64,000 bases of DNA from Leucoraja erinacea (taxonomy: Eukaryota): contig NC_073396.1 of the NCBI RefSeq assembly GCF_028641065.1, forward strand, positions 372,001 through 436,000, in the 5' to 3' direction. A program made the translations under genes and the position numbers. A model generated the notes under the pieces. The model was not told where the DNA came from. It was given only the letters and a program-made list of their open reading frames with translations, and searched no databases. Position 1 is the first letter of the stretch; the number at the start of each line of letters is the position of its first letter. Positions 13,461 through 24,786 of the stretch are shown here, piece after piece.

Positions 13461-13715
13461 TGTACATGTACAACAAATTTCCTGTTGTACAGTCTCTTGT
13501 TTAGATTCAGGAACATTAATCTCCTCACTTTATTAATACAAACGGAACTCTGCTCAGTTTATGAACCAAGATATTGCATTTGCAGCAAGAGTTTTAAATA
13601 TATTCACTTTGTGCAGCCTCTACCGAGACGTGTTGAACTCTGACACGTGACTAAGGAGCAAGTACAGGGACAAGACACCGGCCCCTCATCCCCCAGTGTG
13701 TTGTTGGGCACATGG

Positions 13716-15700
13716 GGGTGGGGGCCGTGTCCGTGTGATGGGGCCATGTCCGTGTGGTGGGGGCGTGTCCGTGTGTCCGTGTGGTGGGGCCGTGTGATGG
13801 GGCCGTGTGATGGGGGCCGTGTGGTGGGGCCATGTCCGTGTGATGGGGCCGTGTGGTGGGGCCATGTCCGTGTGGTGGGGGCGTGTCCGTGTGATGGGGC
13901 CGTGTGTGGGGCCGTGTCCGTGTGATGGGGCCGTGTGATGGGGCCGTGTCCGTGTGATGGGGCCAGAGTGGTGGGGGCCGTGTGGTGGGGCCGTGTCCGT
14001 GTGATGGGGCCGTGTGGTGGGGCATGTGTGTGGGGCCATGTGGTGGGGCCGTGTAAGTGTGGTGGGGGCGTGTCAGTGTGATGGGGAAGTGTGGTGGGGG
14101 CGTGTGGTGGGGCCGTGTGGTGGGGCCGTGTATGGTGTGGTGGGGGCCGTGTGGTGGGGCCGTGTCTGTGTGGTGGGGCCGTGTGATGGGGCCGTGTCCG
14201 TGTGGTGTGGGGCCGTGTCAGTGTGATGGGGCAGTGTGGTGGGGCCGTGTGGTGGGGCCGTGTCCGTGTGGTGGGGCCGTGTGGTGGGGGGCCGTGTGGT
14301 GGGGGCCGTGTGGTGGGGGCCGTGTCTGTGTGTGGTGGGGCCGTGTGGTGGGGCCGTGTCCGTGTGGTGTGGGGCCGTGTCCGTGTGATGGGGGCCGTGT
14401 CCGTGTGATGGGGCCGTGTGGTGGGGGCCGTGTGGTGGGGCCGTGTGGTGGTGGGGCCGTGTCCGTGTGGTGGGGCCGTGTCCGTGTGGTGGGGCCGTGT
14501 GATGGGGCCGTGTGGTGGGGCCGTGTGGTGGGGCCGTGTCCGTGTGGTGGGGCCGTGTGGTGGGGCCGTGTGGTGGGGCCGTGTGATGGGGCAGTGTGGT
14601 GGGTCCATGTCCGTGTGATGGGGCCGTGTCCGTGTGGTGGGGCCGTGTGGTGGGGCCGTGTGGTGGGGCCGTGTGATGGGGCCGTGTGGTGGGGCCGTGT
14701 CCGTGTGATGGGGCCGTGTGGTGGGGCCGTGTGATGGGGCCGTGTGGTGGGGCCGTGTCCGTGTGATGGGGGGTGTGTGTGGTGGGCCGTGTGATGGGGG
14801 CCGTGTGGTGGTGGGGCCGTGTCCGTGTGGTGGGGCCGTGTGGTGGGGCCGTGTGGTGGGGCCGTGTGGTGGGTCCATGTCCGTGTGATGGGGCCGTGTC
14901 CGTGTGGTGGGGCCGTGTGGTGGGGCCGTGTGGGTCCATGTCCGTGTGATGGGGCCGTGTCCGTGTGGTGGGGCCGTGTGGTGGGGCCGTGTGGGGGGTC
15001 CATGTCAGTGTGGTGGGGCCGTGTCCGTGTGGTGGGGCCGTGTCCGTGTGATGGGGCCGTGTCCGTGTGGTGGGGCCGTGTGTGGTGGGGCCGTGTGTCC
15101 GTGTCCGTGTGGTGGGGCCGTGTCCGTGTGGTGGGGGCGTGTCCGTGTGGTGGGGCGTGTCCGTGTGATGGGTCCATGTCCGTGTGATGGGGCCGTGTCC
15201 GTGTGGTGGGGGCCGTGTCCGTGTGGTGGGGGCCGTGTCCGTGTGGTGGGGCTGTGTGATGGGGGCGTGTGATGATGGGGGCGTGTCCGTGTGGTGGGGG
15301 GGGCGTGTGGTGGGGCCATGTCCGTGTGGTGGGTCCATGTCCGTGTGGTGGGTCCATGTCCGTGTGGTGGGGGCGTGTCCGTGTGAAGGGGGCGTGTCCG
15401 TGTGAAGGGGGCGTGTCCGTGTGAAGGGGGCGTGTCCGTGTGATACCGTGTCCGTGTGAAGGGGGCGTGTCCGTGTGGTGGGGGCCGTGTCCGTGTGGTG
15501 GGGTCCGTGTCCGTGTGGTGGGTCCGTGTGGTGGGGGCCGTGTGGTGGGGGCCGTGTGGTGAGTCCGTGTGGTGGGTAAAACCCGTGTGGTGGGGGCCGT
15601 GTGGTGGGGGCCGTGTGGTGGGGGCCGTGTGGTGTGGGGGCCGTGTGATGGGGCCGTGTGGTGGGGCCGTGTCCGTGTGGTGGGGCCGTGTCCGTGTGGT
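13716..15700 (+). repeat. 2-kb G-rich minisatellite (13-bp GGGGCCGTGTG(G/A)T plus GTCCGTGT inserts) in notum2 intron 4
   Basis: Directly visible; source of the long His/Pro/Thr and Gly/Val/Trp ORFs. Confidence 0.97.
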
Positions 15701-15721
15701 GGGCACTTGGGGGTGGGGGCA

Positions 15722-15922
15722 TCTCAGGCAGCATCTCTGGAGAGAAGGAATAGGTGACGTTTGTGGTCGAGACCCTTCTTCAGACTGAGGTTGGTCGACC
15801 CGAAACGTCACCTATTCCTTTTCTCCATAGATGTTGTCTGACCCACTGAGTTACTCTAGCTCCAGCTGAGTTACATTTGTGTCTATGTTCGGTTTAAACC
15901 AGCATCTGCAGTTCCTTCCAAC
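15722..15922. mobile_element. Inverted pair of Penelope-type 3' ends
   Basis: caggcagcatctctggagagaaggaataggtgacgttt ... gaaacgtcacctattccttttctccatagatg form inverted arms. Confidence 0.75.
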
Positions 15923-16080
15923 ACATGAGTAGACTCGATGGGCTGAATGGCATAATTCTGCTCCTTTGATTTATTAAAATGAAAACATTGAACAGAAACA
16001 TGCCCCTTTATCTTCATGCAATTGGTGAGTTATGTCTTGGTGATTGTTAAATATACTGCCCTGCACATACAGAAACTCAC

Positions 16081-16141
16081 ACAATGTTAGCGTTCCACCA
16101 CTGAGGGTTTTCTTCAGGATCCGCAGAGAGAATTCCAGAAC
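16081..16141 (-). CDS. notum2: Notum2-like exon 4 (GSGILSADPEENPQWWNANIV)
   Basis: 61 nt, cag/gtgagt, conserved GILS..PEENP.WWNAN. Confidence 0.95.
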
Positions 16142-16290
16142 CTGATACATTGAACAAACAAACAAGGTGAGACAATTCTTCATTATCTACAGAAATAAAC
16201 CACCGCAGCTGGGCGTAGTTGTTATGGAGGAACGAGGATCTGTGAGCGGGTTTATACAACGTGAATAAACTGTTCTCAACAGAGGAAGCA

Positions 16291-16538
16291 CAGATATTAT
16301 CTGAATGGTGGCCAATTAGGAAAGGGGGAGATGCAACGAGACCTGGGTGTCATAGTACACCAGTCATTAAAAGTAGGCATGCAGGTGCAGCAGGCTAAAG
16401 GGATCAGGGGGTTATGGAGAGAAGACAGGTATAGGATACTGAGTTGGATGATCAGCCATGATCATATTGAATGGCGGTGCAGGCTCGAAGGGCCGAATGC
16501 CCTACTCCTGCACCTATTTTCTATGTTTCTATGTTTCT
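16291..16538 (+). mobile_element. Internally deleted CR1 fragment with 3'UTR and (TTTCTATG)n tail
   Basis: QRDLGVIVHQSLKVGMQVQQA fused to the 3'UTR atgatcagccatgatcatattgaatggcgg. Confidence 0.85.
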
Positions 16539-16709
16539 AACTTGTACAGAAAGTTCAAGACCCTGAGGTGTTGGCATTGCCCTGGGACATTAACTCTGCT
16601 TCATCCCCCAGATGCTGCCCGACCTGCTAACTATTCCTGGTAGCTCCTGGCTTCACAACTCCAGTGATGGGCACCACCCCCTCGCTCTGACCCAATACTG
16701 GATAGTCAC

Positions 16710-16805
16710 CTTTCTGTGTCAGTGGCCAATCGGTAGAACTCATGAGGCGTGGGATTGATCTGTATCTTGCATCACAGCTCTCCTTGTTGTAACAACACCA
16801 GCCAC
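16710..16805 (-). CDS. notum2: Notum2-like exon 3 ([32 protein letters not shown], oxyanion hole)
   Basis: 96 nt, aag acceptor, gtgact donor. GGW oxyanion motif; the GGWCCY...IPRLMSS form is Notum2-like as I recall it (Notum1 has GGWYCF). Confidence 0.93.
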
Positions 16806-17086
16806 CTTTATTTATTCACAAAAGAACAAGATTCAATACACTTGCTTTACCATTAGTCTCGGGCAACTCATTCAAAACACAATATATTTATATGTGTCAT
16901 ATCATTCAACTATTTAATAAGTTAAGTAAGTTTTGATTTTATTATTGATGATTAAAAAGTACTAATTTAATATTTTTTTCTTTTACAGAGCAGTTAATTA
17001 CTGCAAACCCAGTGTACAAACACAGGTACATAATCAGGTTAAAGTTCCCACAAATTCCTGACATCGATATTGTTGTAGAAAGAAAG

Positions 17087-17312
17087 TATGAACATTGACT
17101 TCTCCAATTTCAGGTAGTCCTTGTTTTCTCCCTCCTTCCCCTCCCCTCCCCAGCTCTCCCACAGCCCACTGTCTCCGCCTCTTCCTTTATTTTTCCCACC
17201 CCCCCTGACATCAGTCTGAAGAAGGGTCTCGACTCAAAACGTCGCCTATTCCTTCTCTCCATAGATGCTGCCTGACCTGCTGAGTTTTTCCAGCATTTTT
17301 GTCTACCTTCGT
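17087..17312 (+). mobile_element. Penelope-like element 3' end (MNIDFSNFR* plus 3'UTR with mutated hammerhead-like core)
   Basis: Near-identical to 39686-39912, which follows the GIY-YIG coding fragment. Confidence 0.85.
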
Positions 17313-18497
17313 TATTGTTGAGATCAGTTTTCATCTTTAACTTCTCTCAACAATAACATTATATTTAATTCATATGGAGTAACAGAATGCAGAACCGAAA
17401 CAATCATCTCTGAAGCTTTTGATCACAATTATGTTCCATTTTAACTAACATTTGTTTCAGATTGGTGATGTGACAATTTTGTCCTGTCGGACAGGGAAAT
17501 ATAAAGTTACAAATTCCCTTAATACTTCACAATCACTGTGTAGTCTTTTCTCCAGAGATGCTGTCTGACACGCTGAGTTACTGCAGCTTTTACTGTCTGC
17601 CTGTGGTTTACTCCAGCATCTGCAGTTTGCCAGGGCTTGCCTCGGGTATCAGTCATTCAATCTTTTAATGGTCATACTGAGGAGTTAATATATTGGGCTC
17701 AACAGATTGAGTACTTTCCTGGAGTTCTCTGAACTGTCTGGCGATCTTTTATATCAGCCATGGGGCACATCGGACTTTCTTCAACAACTTATCCAAGTCG
17801 TTCTGAGGATGAATTGAAATGTCAGCAGGGATTATGTGAGGGGGCCACATGACCTCCTGCCCCAGAGGTGAGCAGTTCACCCACTGAGCAACGTCAGACA
17901 CTGGTCAATTTGCCAAACACTGTCCAGTCTGACGTTACCCTGGCAACACTCCCAAAGCGCTGAGAATAGTGCCTGCAATTACTGCAAGAACAAATCGACC
18001 TCTGCCCTTTCATTTTTCCAATCATCTTTGTTGGTGACTCTTGAAAGTCTACTCTTAAATTAGTCCAGAGCAGAGTTGTGCTCAAATCAGAATGAAATTC
18101 CACAGACTCCACCACACATGCACTGAGCAACTGAATGGCAGAAATCCTGGTTGTAAACTTTGCTTACAAATGTAACAGACTGCAATCCTCTTCATATTCT
18201 ATCTGTTCTGGATTGACCAGTATGGCTTGGGCTTTGTATGGTGTGTTTCTATGTAACATACCAATTTGAAATTATAACTCTAATCTTACTCGTTATTTAT
18301 TCAGGTAGTTGTGCAATTATTTAAAATGTTAAAAAGTCTCAAATTCCAAAGCTGGCATTGATTATAGAAAGAAAATGAAACTTATTTCTATTTAGAGAGG
18401 TTAATTTTCAATAATTCCTTCAATAATCAGAATATTTCACTCTAACATGTTAATAAAAGCACTTTGAATCCCTGCATGATTTCGGAATGTCTCTTAC

Positions 18498-18550
18498 CTT
18501 CCAGAAATATTAGCCATCGGCGACTTCCTTTGGACGCCCGCAGATAATAT
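18498..18550 (-). CDS. notum2: Notum2-like exon 2 (YYLRASKGSRRWLIFLEG)
   Basis: 53 nt, cag acceptor and gtaaga donor, phases 2->1, matches Notum GYY..S.GSRRWL.FLEG. Confidence 0.95.
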
Positions 18551-18796
18551 CTGTAAAGTAACAAGTCACAAGGCGACAGAAATCAAATCAAACACACAAC
18601 CATTGCAACAGATGTTCTGGAAATTAGATTCTAAACTAAATGTCATAGAAATGATCACATTGAATGGCGGTGCTGGCTCGAGTGGCCGAATGGCCTGCAC
18701 CTATTGTCTATTGATATACTATTTGTATCTTTGAGCAGGCACAAACAATAACCAAAGAGTTTTTGCCTGTTTACTAAATGTAACAAAGTTTGTTAC

Positions 18797-19125
18797 CCAG
18801 CTGGAGTTCCATCGTTGCAAGTCACTGTGGTGCTTTTCAAGAAGTTAAGTTTCATTTCTTCTGCACTCGTTGATTTTGAACATTGGTGGAGGGTCTGTGC
18901 CAGAGTCCTGACATTGGACACCAGGTTGTCATTGTCTTCTGTGGCGGTGAGGTTACCGAGGGCTAGTTGTGGGTGAGCGGCAGGTGGCACAGATTCCCCA
19001 CTCGAGGGGCTGGGTGTCCTTCTGTTGGGCCCAGTATTCCTGGAAGCCACCTTAGGTTGTGGCCTGGTTAGAGCCACAGCGACTCCGAACATGGTGCAGA
19101 AAGCGAGGGTGATGGGGAACCTCAT
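18797..19125 (-). CDS. notum2: Notum2-like palmitoleoyl-protein carboxylesterase, coding exon 1 (signal peptide, ends ...MKLNFLKSTTVTCNDGTPAG)
   Basis: ATG at 19125, hydrophobic leader MRFPITLAFCTMFGVAVA, Notum motif VTCNDGTPAG, donor GG|gtaac (phase 2). Confidence 0.9.
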
Positions 19126-19212
19126 CACAAAGCGGGATCTGCAAAAAATTAACACTTGTTAAAACAATCAATGATGACAATTTGAGAATAAAAAGTTTCA
19201 AACGATGCTTAC

Positions 19213-19423
19213 CTTTGTAAATACGGTGAAGGAAATGTCTGCGGTGATATTCAGCAAGATGCAGAAGCGTTTTGATCCTAACAACATTCGTGCTATGAAC
19301 AGATACGTCCTGAAGCCCAGCCTACTGCAAAGAAATATTGAATCTACTCAAATCTCGGATGTGAGTTTGATTTTATATTGACCACATATGGATCACATTT
19401 CTCAATCTTCAATTTGCTTTGAA
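19213..19423 (-). promoter_or_regulatory. Candidate notum2 core promoter and 5'UTR exon
   Basis: TATAAAA on the minus strand at 19377-19371; strong donor AAG|gtaagc at 19213; acceptor ttttttgcag before 19138 (74-nt intron); TCF/LEF-type CTTTGAA at 19417-19423. Confidence 0.45.
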
Positions 19424-21854
19424 TTGATGCCAAGGAGTGAAGATTGCATTGATTGAACGAGAAAGATAACACATCGAGCCCCGACTGTGAAATATATAAA
19501 TCTTGGCTTAGACTTGGCACCTGTTAGTTATAACTTCATTGCTTTACCTTTCTGGGGGTGCTCAGTTTTGGAACCATTTTTGTTAAGATGCATTCTTGTA
19601 AGGAATTAGCTCAGCAAATTCAACAAAAACAAATTAGCAAAGAGAAAGGCTAACTGCAAAATCCTTCTGTTTTTTTCTCTCTAAATCTACCTCTGCCATA
19701 GCTTCTCAGGGTGGGAGATTGCAACCTTCACGTGGTCCACCCTGTTTCGACTCGACATGCACAAACAAAAGATCAAATAGAACAAGTCGACCTACAAACT
19801 TTAGGCTGTGCAAGCAGAAAAAGTAGCTTCTCATCTCCTGCACAATCTTTTATTTATTTCTCAATGCCCAGTAAAATTAAGGCAATCTTCATTTAACAGT
19901 ATATGACATAAGGTAACATATGACAGTATATGACATAAACTATATACAATATAATTAATTGTTCACAGCTAACTTCTTGCAACAAACAGATAAGTAATCC
20001 AGTGTCATTATATGATAATCACTAACAATAGATAAGAAAGAACATCACATTAAACTTTGTTCTAAAATCACATTTAGCACCAACAGGGGATCGATGATTA
20101 TCCGGATACATTCAGTCTAGGCTCAGCATTGAAGCAGACTTCATAACTTTACCTTTTGGATTCAGTTGCAGTTTGTCTCTCCAGAGAGACCAAAGTAAAT
20201 AGTCATCACCAAGTTTCAATTGAACACTGAAAGAAAGCACTGACTATTTGAAGCTGCCCTGCGTATCCTCTGGATAGCTGGAGGGTGACGTCTGGTCATT
20301 AACAGGGCTCATGAGGGCTGTGCTCTAACCCAACACCCATCAATGACATGCAGGACATCCACATTCATCAAGCATACTAATTGAGCCTGTGCATGATCCA
20401 TCATGAGAACCGGTCCCTTGTTATATCAAAGATTGACAGGGCCTGTCATTGCAAGAAAGCAGCGTCTTTATGGGTGTTAACTGCATTCCATTGTGCCAAA
20501 TCTTTCAAGTGATTATTCAATGTTGACAGAGTTTTTTTATGCCAATATATAGCACAATTTCTCATGGAGTGTTAAGCAGTCACTAACGACGTTGAAATTT
20601 GCATGCCTTTAAAGTTACTGAGATCTCAGTGTGAATGGCAGGTCATCACGAGGTGACAATTGTGCATTCATATTTTCAATCATTAAAGGGTAACCCTTGT
20701 AAGGTGCTTCTCAGTTTGAGACTTGAATCCCCAGAATGGCTGCAAATAGCTCACCCTTAAAATTCAACGTGAAGTTGCAGTTCCAACAATGAGTGTTCAT
20801 GCCGCAAGGATTGGGCTGATTGCATTAGGGAGGAAGAAACTGTAATGTTATATTAATATGCAGATGTATATTGAGGATGAATGGTCCAACAATAGCAACA
20901 ATTATGTCATCGAACATAGGTTTGAATTAGTTCTCAATAAAGGGACTACTGTTAGTTTACTGTTATGCTACACTAGTCCCTATCAGATTACTCACCAATG
21001 CATAAAATAAATCTGCAAATCAAAACATTGAATTCATGATTACTGTACCACAGTTAAATCACAGAATTATGATCTGCTGTTGAAGTTTCAGTGATACAAG
21101 CCCTATGGCCAATGAGATCTGTTCCGATTGCAAGAGGTTTTATTTTCCCTCATTTACAATCCTGCATCAAATATTCTTTATTGAATGTGTTCAGTAATTT
21201 ATCTCAGATAACCAACGTTTGCCAATGGCTGGAAAATGTCAGCATCACCTCGAGTGGCTCAAACACCAGGGGAGGAGGTGGCAATTTAAATCTGCAAGTT
21301 TGATAAAATCTTGAAGTGGATTATCTGTCCCAGTAAATATTGCAGAAGGCACATTCCAAGGTGCGGGGCTGAGCTGATGCACTGAACCTTGGTCTGCCCA
21401 TTGACCAGGCTCTAAGGGAAAGACCACTGCATGGTGTCCTCCTGGGACCTGTGTCCGAACCTCTCCACTTACTGCTGAGAGAATGTTTGGGAATGAAAAA
21501 CTGTTGATGATTTAACATTCTAAACAAATATAATGGTTTGTTCATTACCGTGAATGATGACGAAACAAGGTGTCATATTGTGGAACTACACATTTTATCA
21601 ATAAAGATTATTGGTTACAAAATTTGTTGCTGGTAAACCACTCTTGAAGAGACCGCAGAGGAGCCAGGAGAGACTGCAGGTGCTGGAATCTGGAGCAAGA
21701 AACAATTGCTGGGGGAGTTAGCAGGTCAAGCAGCATCTGTTGGGGGAATGGACAGATGTTTCAGGCCAGGATCCTGCACCAGGGCTGGCTATGGTGTGAC
21801 CTTCTTACTGGCCATCTGCAATAACACGTGACTTGGTTTCATCTAATCGCAGTT

Positions 21855-22010
21855 AAGCTTTAGAATTGAGACTTTAAAGATTCAGCACGGAAACAGGAAC
21901 ATGGTCCTTCAGCCCACCGTGTCTGCACCAACCAGTGATTACCCTGTACACTAACACTATCCTACACACTAGGGACAATTTACAACTCTACTGAAGCCTA
22001 CAAATCTGCA
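21855..22010 (-). mobile_element. tRNA-derived SINE 3' part
   Basis: Reverse complement matches the tails of the SINEs at 36795-37075 and 60800-61070. Confidence 0.65.
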
Positions 22011-23699
22011 TAGTTTGGTATTTGTGCGTTAGATGTCAACACTTACACAGTACCTTGTATTCAGGTTCAGAATATTCCATGGATGTATTGTAAAATTGAT
22101 GCTAACATCATTGTCACCACATTTTAAAATGTGCTTGGTTTTCAGACAAGGAGACTAGATTTCCAACTAGCAGCTGGGGAATTAACACAAGGTTTGCAAA
22201 TCAGTCAGTAATTACAGAAGTCACCAAAACATTTTCCACTGAAGAGTTTGTTGATGAAACATTGGAGACTAATTCAGACTTGGTCAGTAGATCTGTATTG
22301 GCATTTTTGTCTCTCTGCAGCGAGTTGAAAACATTTGGAGTGAATATGGAAAAATAATTAGCCATTTTGTTTCATTTATGTTATTGTAAAGCCCTTGTCT
22401 TTCAGCTCAATCAAGCTGAAATCTCCAAAACCAGAGTAAAAGATGGAGTGCACTCAGCCACAAATCACGTCTCTTAGAATGCACTGTTGAAGGAATCAGG
22501 CCTGCCAATGTAATTTATTACCAAGGTACCTGTCTATTGATTGCATCTTTGTGGGTGTTCAAATAGGGACAATGATATTCCAATCGCATCTTACAAAGAC
22601 TTTATTTAAATTTGTTTGATTACTTTACTAAGGTACCAAGTATTCCGTGGCAGGAACTACTTAAAGGTGTTGCTTAGTCACTAAAATCATTCGCAGATAT
22701 TTTGCAACAGCTTTCCTTCACAGTTGCCACTCTGATTACAAATATTCTCAGCCCATTTTCAGTTCCAATTACTCCCAAGGTATTTCATTTATCTAGAGAG
22801 ATGTCTTTAAACATATTCAAAAACAATTGAAGGTACACAAAAATGCTGGAGAAACTCAGCGGGTGCAGTGCTGGCTCATGAAAGACACTACTTCATTAAT
22901 TTATAAATCAGCTTGTGTGGAAACATATAAAAATGATTTCTGGGAACTGGGGCAGTTTTGAGCACAGTTTGTGTCCAAGGCAGGCAAGCGCAGTTTAAAA
23001 TAAAAACTGAATTTACAAACATCTAAAATCATTAAATACTTTACAGGAGCGATGTCAGGTTTGTTCACACGTTGTCCTTTCAAGTGACATTTTGGAAGGT
23101 GCAGTAAGAGAGGGAAGCACGTTGTATATTTATGAGCCTTTAGCTGAAAGAGGAACTTCAGCCAAATGTTACGATACTGCACCAGTCGCAGTTTCCTGCT
23201 GATGGAAATGATTGAATAGTTTTTAAACAGTATAATCCATCCACACCACAGGAGGGAACACATCAGCAGTCTGGGTTCAGGCAGAGCTTCGAGCTTGAAC
23301 ACAGGGTCGACATGCTCGCTCGCTCGCCCGCCCTCCAGGAGACAAGCTGCCTGTCCATTAAGGTGTCATTGTGCCACGCATGTACTGGACACCACAGAGG
23401 GTCTGATGTTTTCCTTATGACCGCTATAAGAAAATTCCCTCTTCTCACAACACACTGAAATATAAGCATGCAAATATAGATTAGGGTACGTCTACTGCCT
23501 AGATATGCAGTCTGCTATTAGTTCAATAGTTTTACGATACGATTCGCTACGATAAAACGTTATTCATCCCCAGCATCAATATCCCTCCAGCACCAATATC
23601 CCTCTGCGGATGAATAAAGTGTTATCGTAGCGTATCGTAGAATCTACATGCTAAGAAATATTAACATCTATATTAGATAACCAATAAATAATAAACTTT

Positions 23700-24020
23700 G
23701 TGTAGGAAGGAACAGCAGATGTTGGTTTAAACTGAAGATAGACAGAAAGTGCTGGAGTAACTCAGCAGGTCAGGCAGCATCTGTGGAGAACATGGATAGG
23801 TGACGTTTCACAGAGTGCTGGAGTAACTCAGCGGGTCAGGCAGCATCTGTGGAGAACATGGATAGGTGACATTTCACAGAGTGCTGGAGTAACTCAGCAG
23901 GTCAGGCAGCATCTGGAGTAACTCAGCGGGTCAGGCAGCATCTGTGGAGAACATGGATAGGTGACGTTTCACAGAGTGCTGGAGTAACTCAGCGGGTCAG
24001 GCAGCATCTGTGGAGAGAAA
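23700..24020 (-). repeat. Penelope-type 3' end with a 66-bp tandem array (about 4.5 units)
   Basis: Same unit as 11125-11447. Confidence 0.9.
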
Positions 24021-24786
24021 GGTTGGGTGCCGTTGCCAGTGTTGGCATCAGTTCACCATGAAAACATTGAGCCAAATGCCCTCACAACAATGAAACCCAG
24101 AAGATCCACCATTGGCCTGTATGCACAGCAGGCACAATGATGGAGCTCGGAGCGTTTGAAGCATTTGGAAAACATGAGGCTTAGCATCCCATTTTCAGGT
24201 TGACAAAATCACCAGTTGGACAAAAACCATGCTGATGCATTTGAGGTCATTCTGAAATGATGGGTAATAATAGCAGGCTTTATTCTGCATCAGCTACCAA
24301 AGGCTTGGAGTGAGCCACCAATCCATCAATCTGTACACATGACAGATTCCACATGTTAAAGCAACAGCAAATGGATTGTTTTAAGACCTAGTTTTGACAG
24401 TCACCTCTGTGTGAGCTGTGGTCAAGTCTATATTTGACAGTTCGCTCATTCAGCTTTGAAGGACTCGTCTGTGGAATTGCAACCTCATTATTTATTCTCC
24501 TTACTTACATATATTGTAGTGGTAGTAAATAATTTACAAGTATTTTTAACGGTGGCTCATTCTTAAATAACAAATAACTTCCATGTGTTTAAGAAATTGC
24601 ATTAGTGATGATGCTACTATAAATTAATGTAACAATAACACATTTTCTACTTTTAAAACTATAAAATATGTGCTTCACAAGACTCTGAAAATGAGGCATG
24701 AGGGGACCCAAGAGTGTACCCAACACTGATGATAGCAGAGAGTTTGGGTTGACACAGGGAAGTGTGCGGAGGTGGGGACATGCAGT

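Noticed and set aside
13604-15811. Long His/Pro/Thr-rich and Gly/Val/Trp-rich ORFs (up to 553 aa)
   Set aside because: Open in several frames on both strands because the minisatellite lacks stop codons; lies in a notum2 intron.
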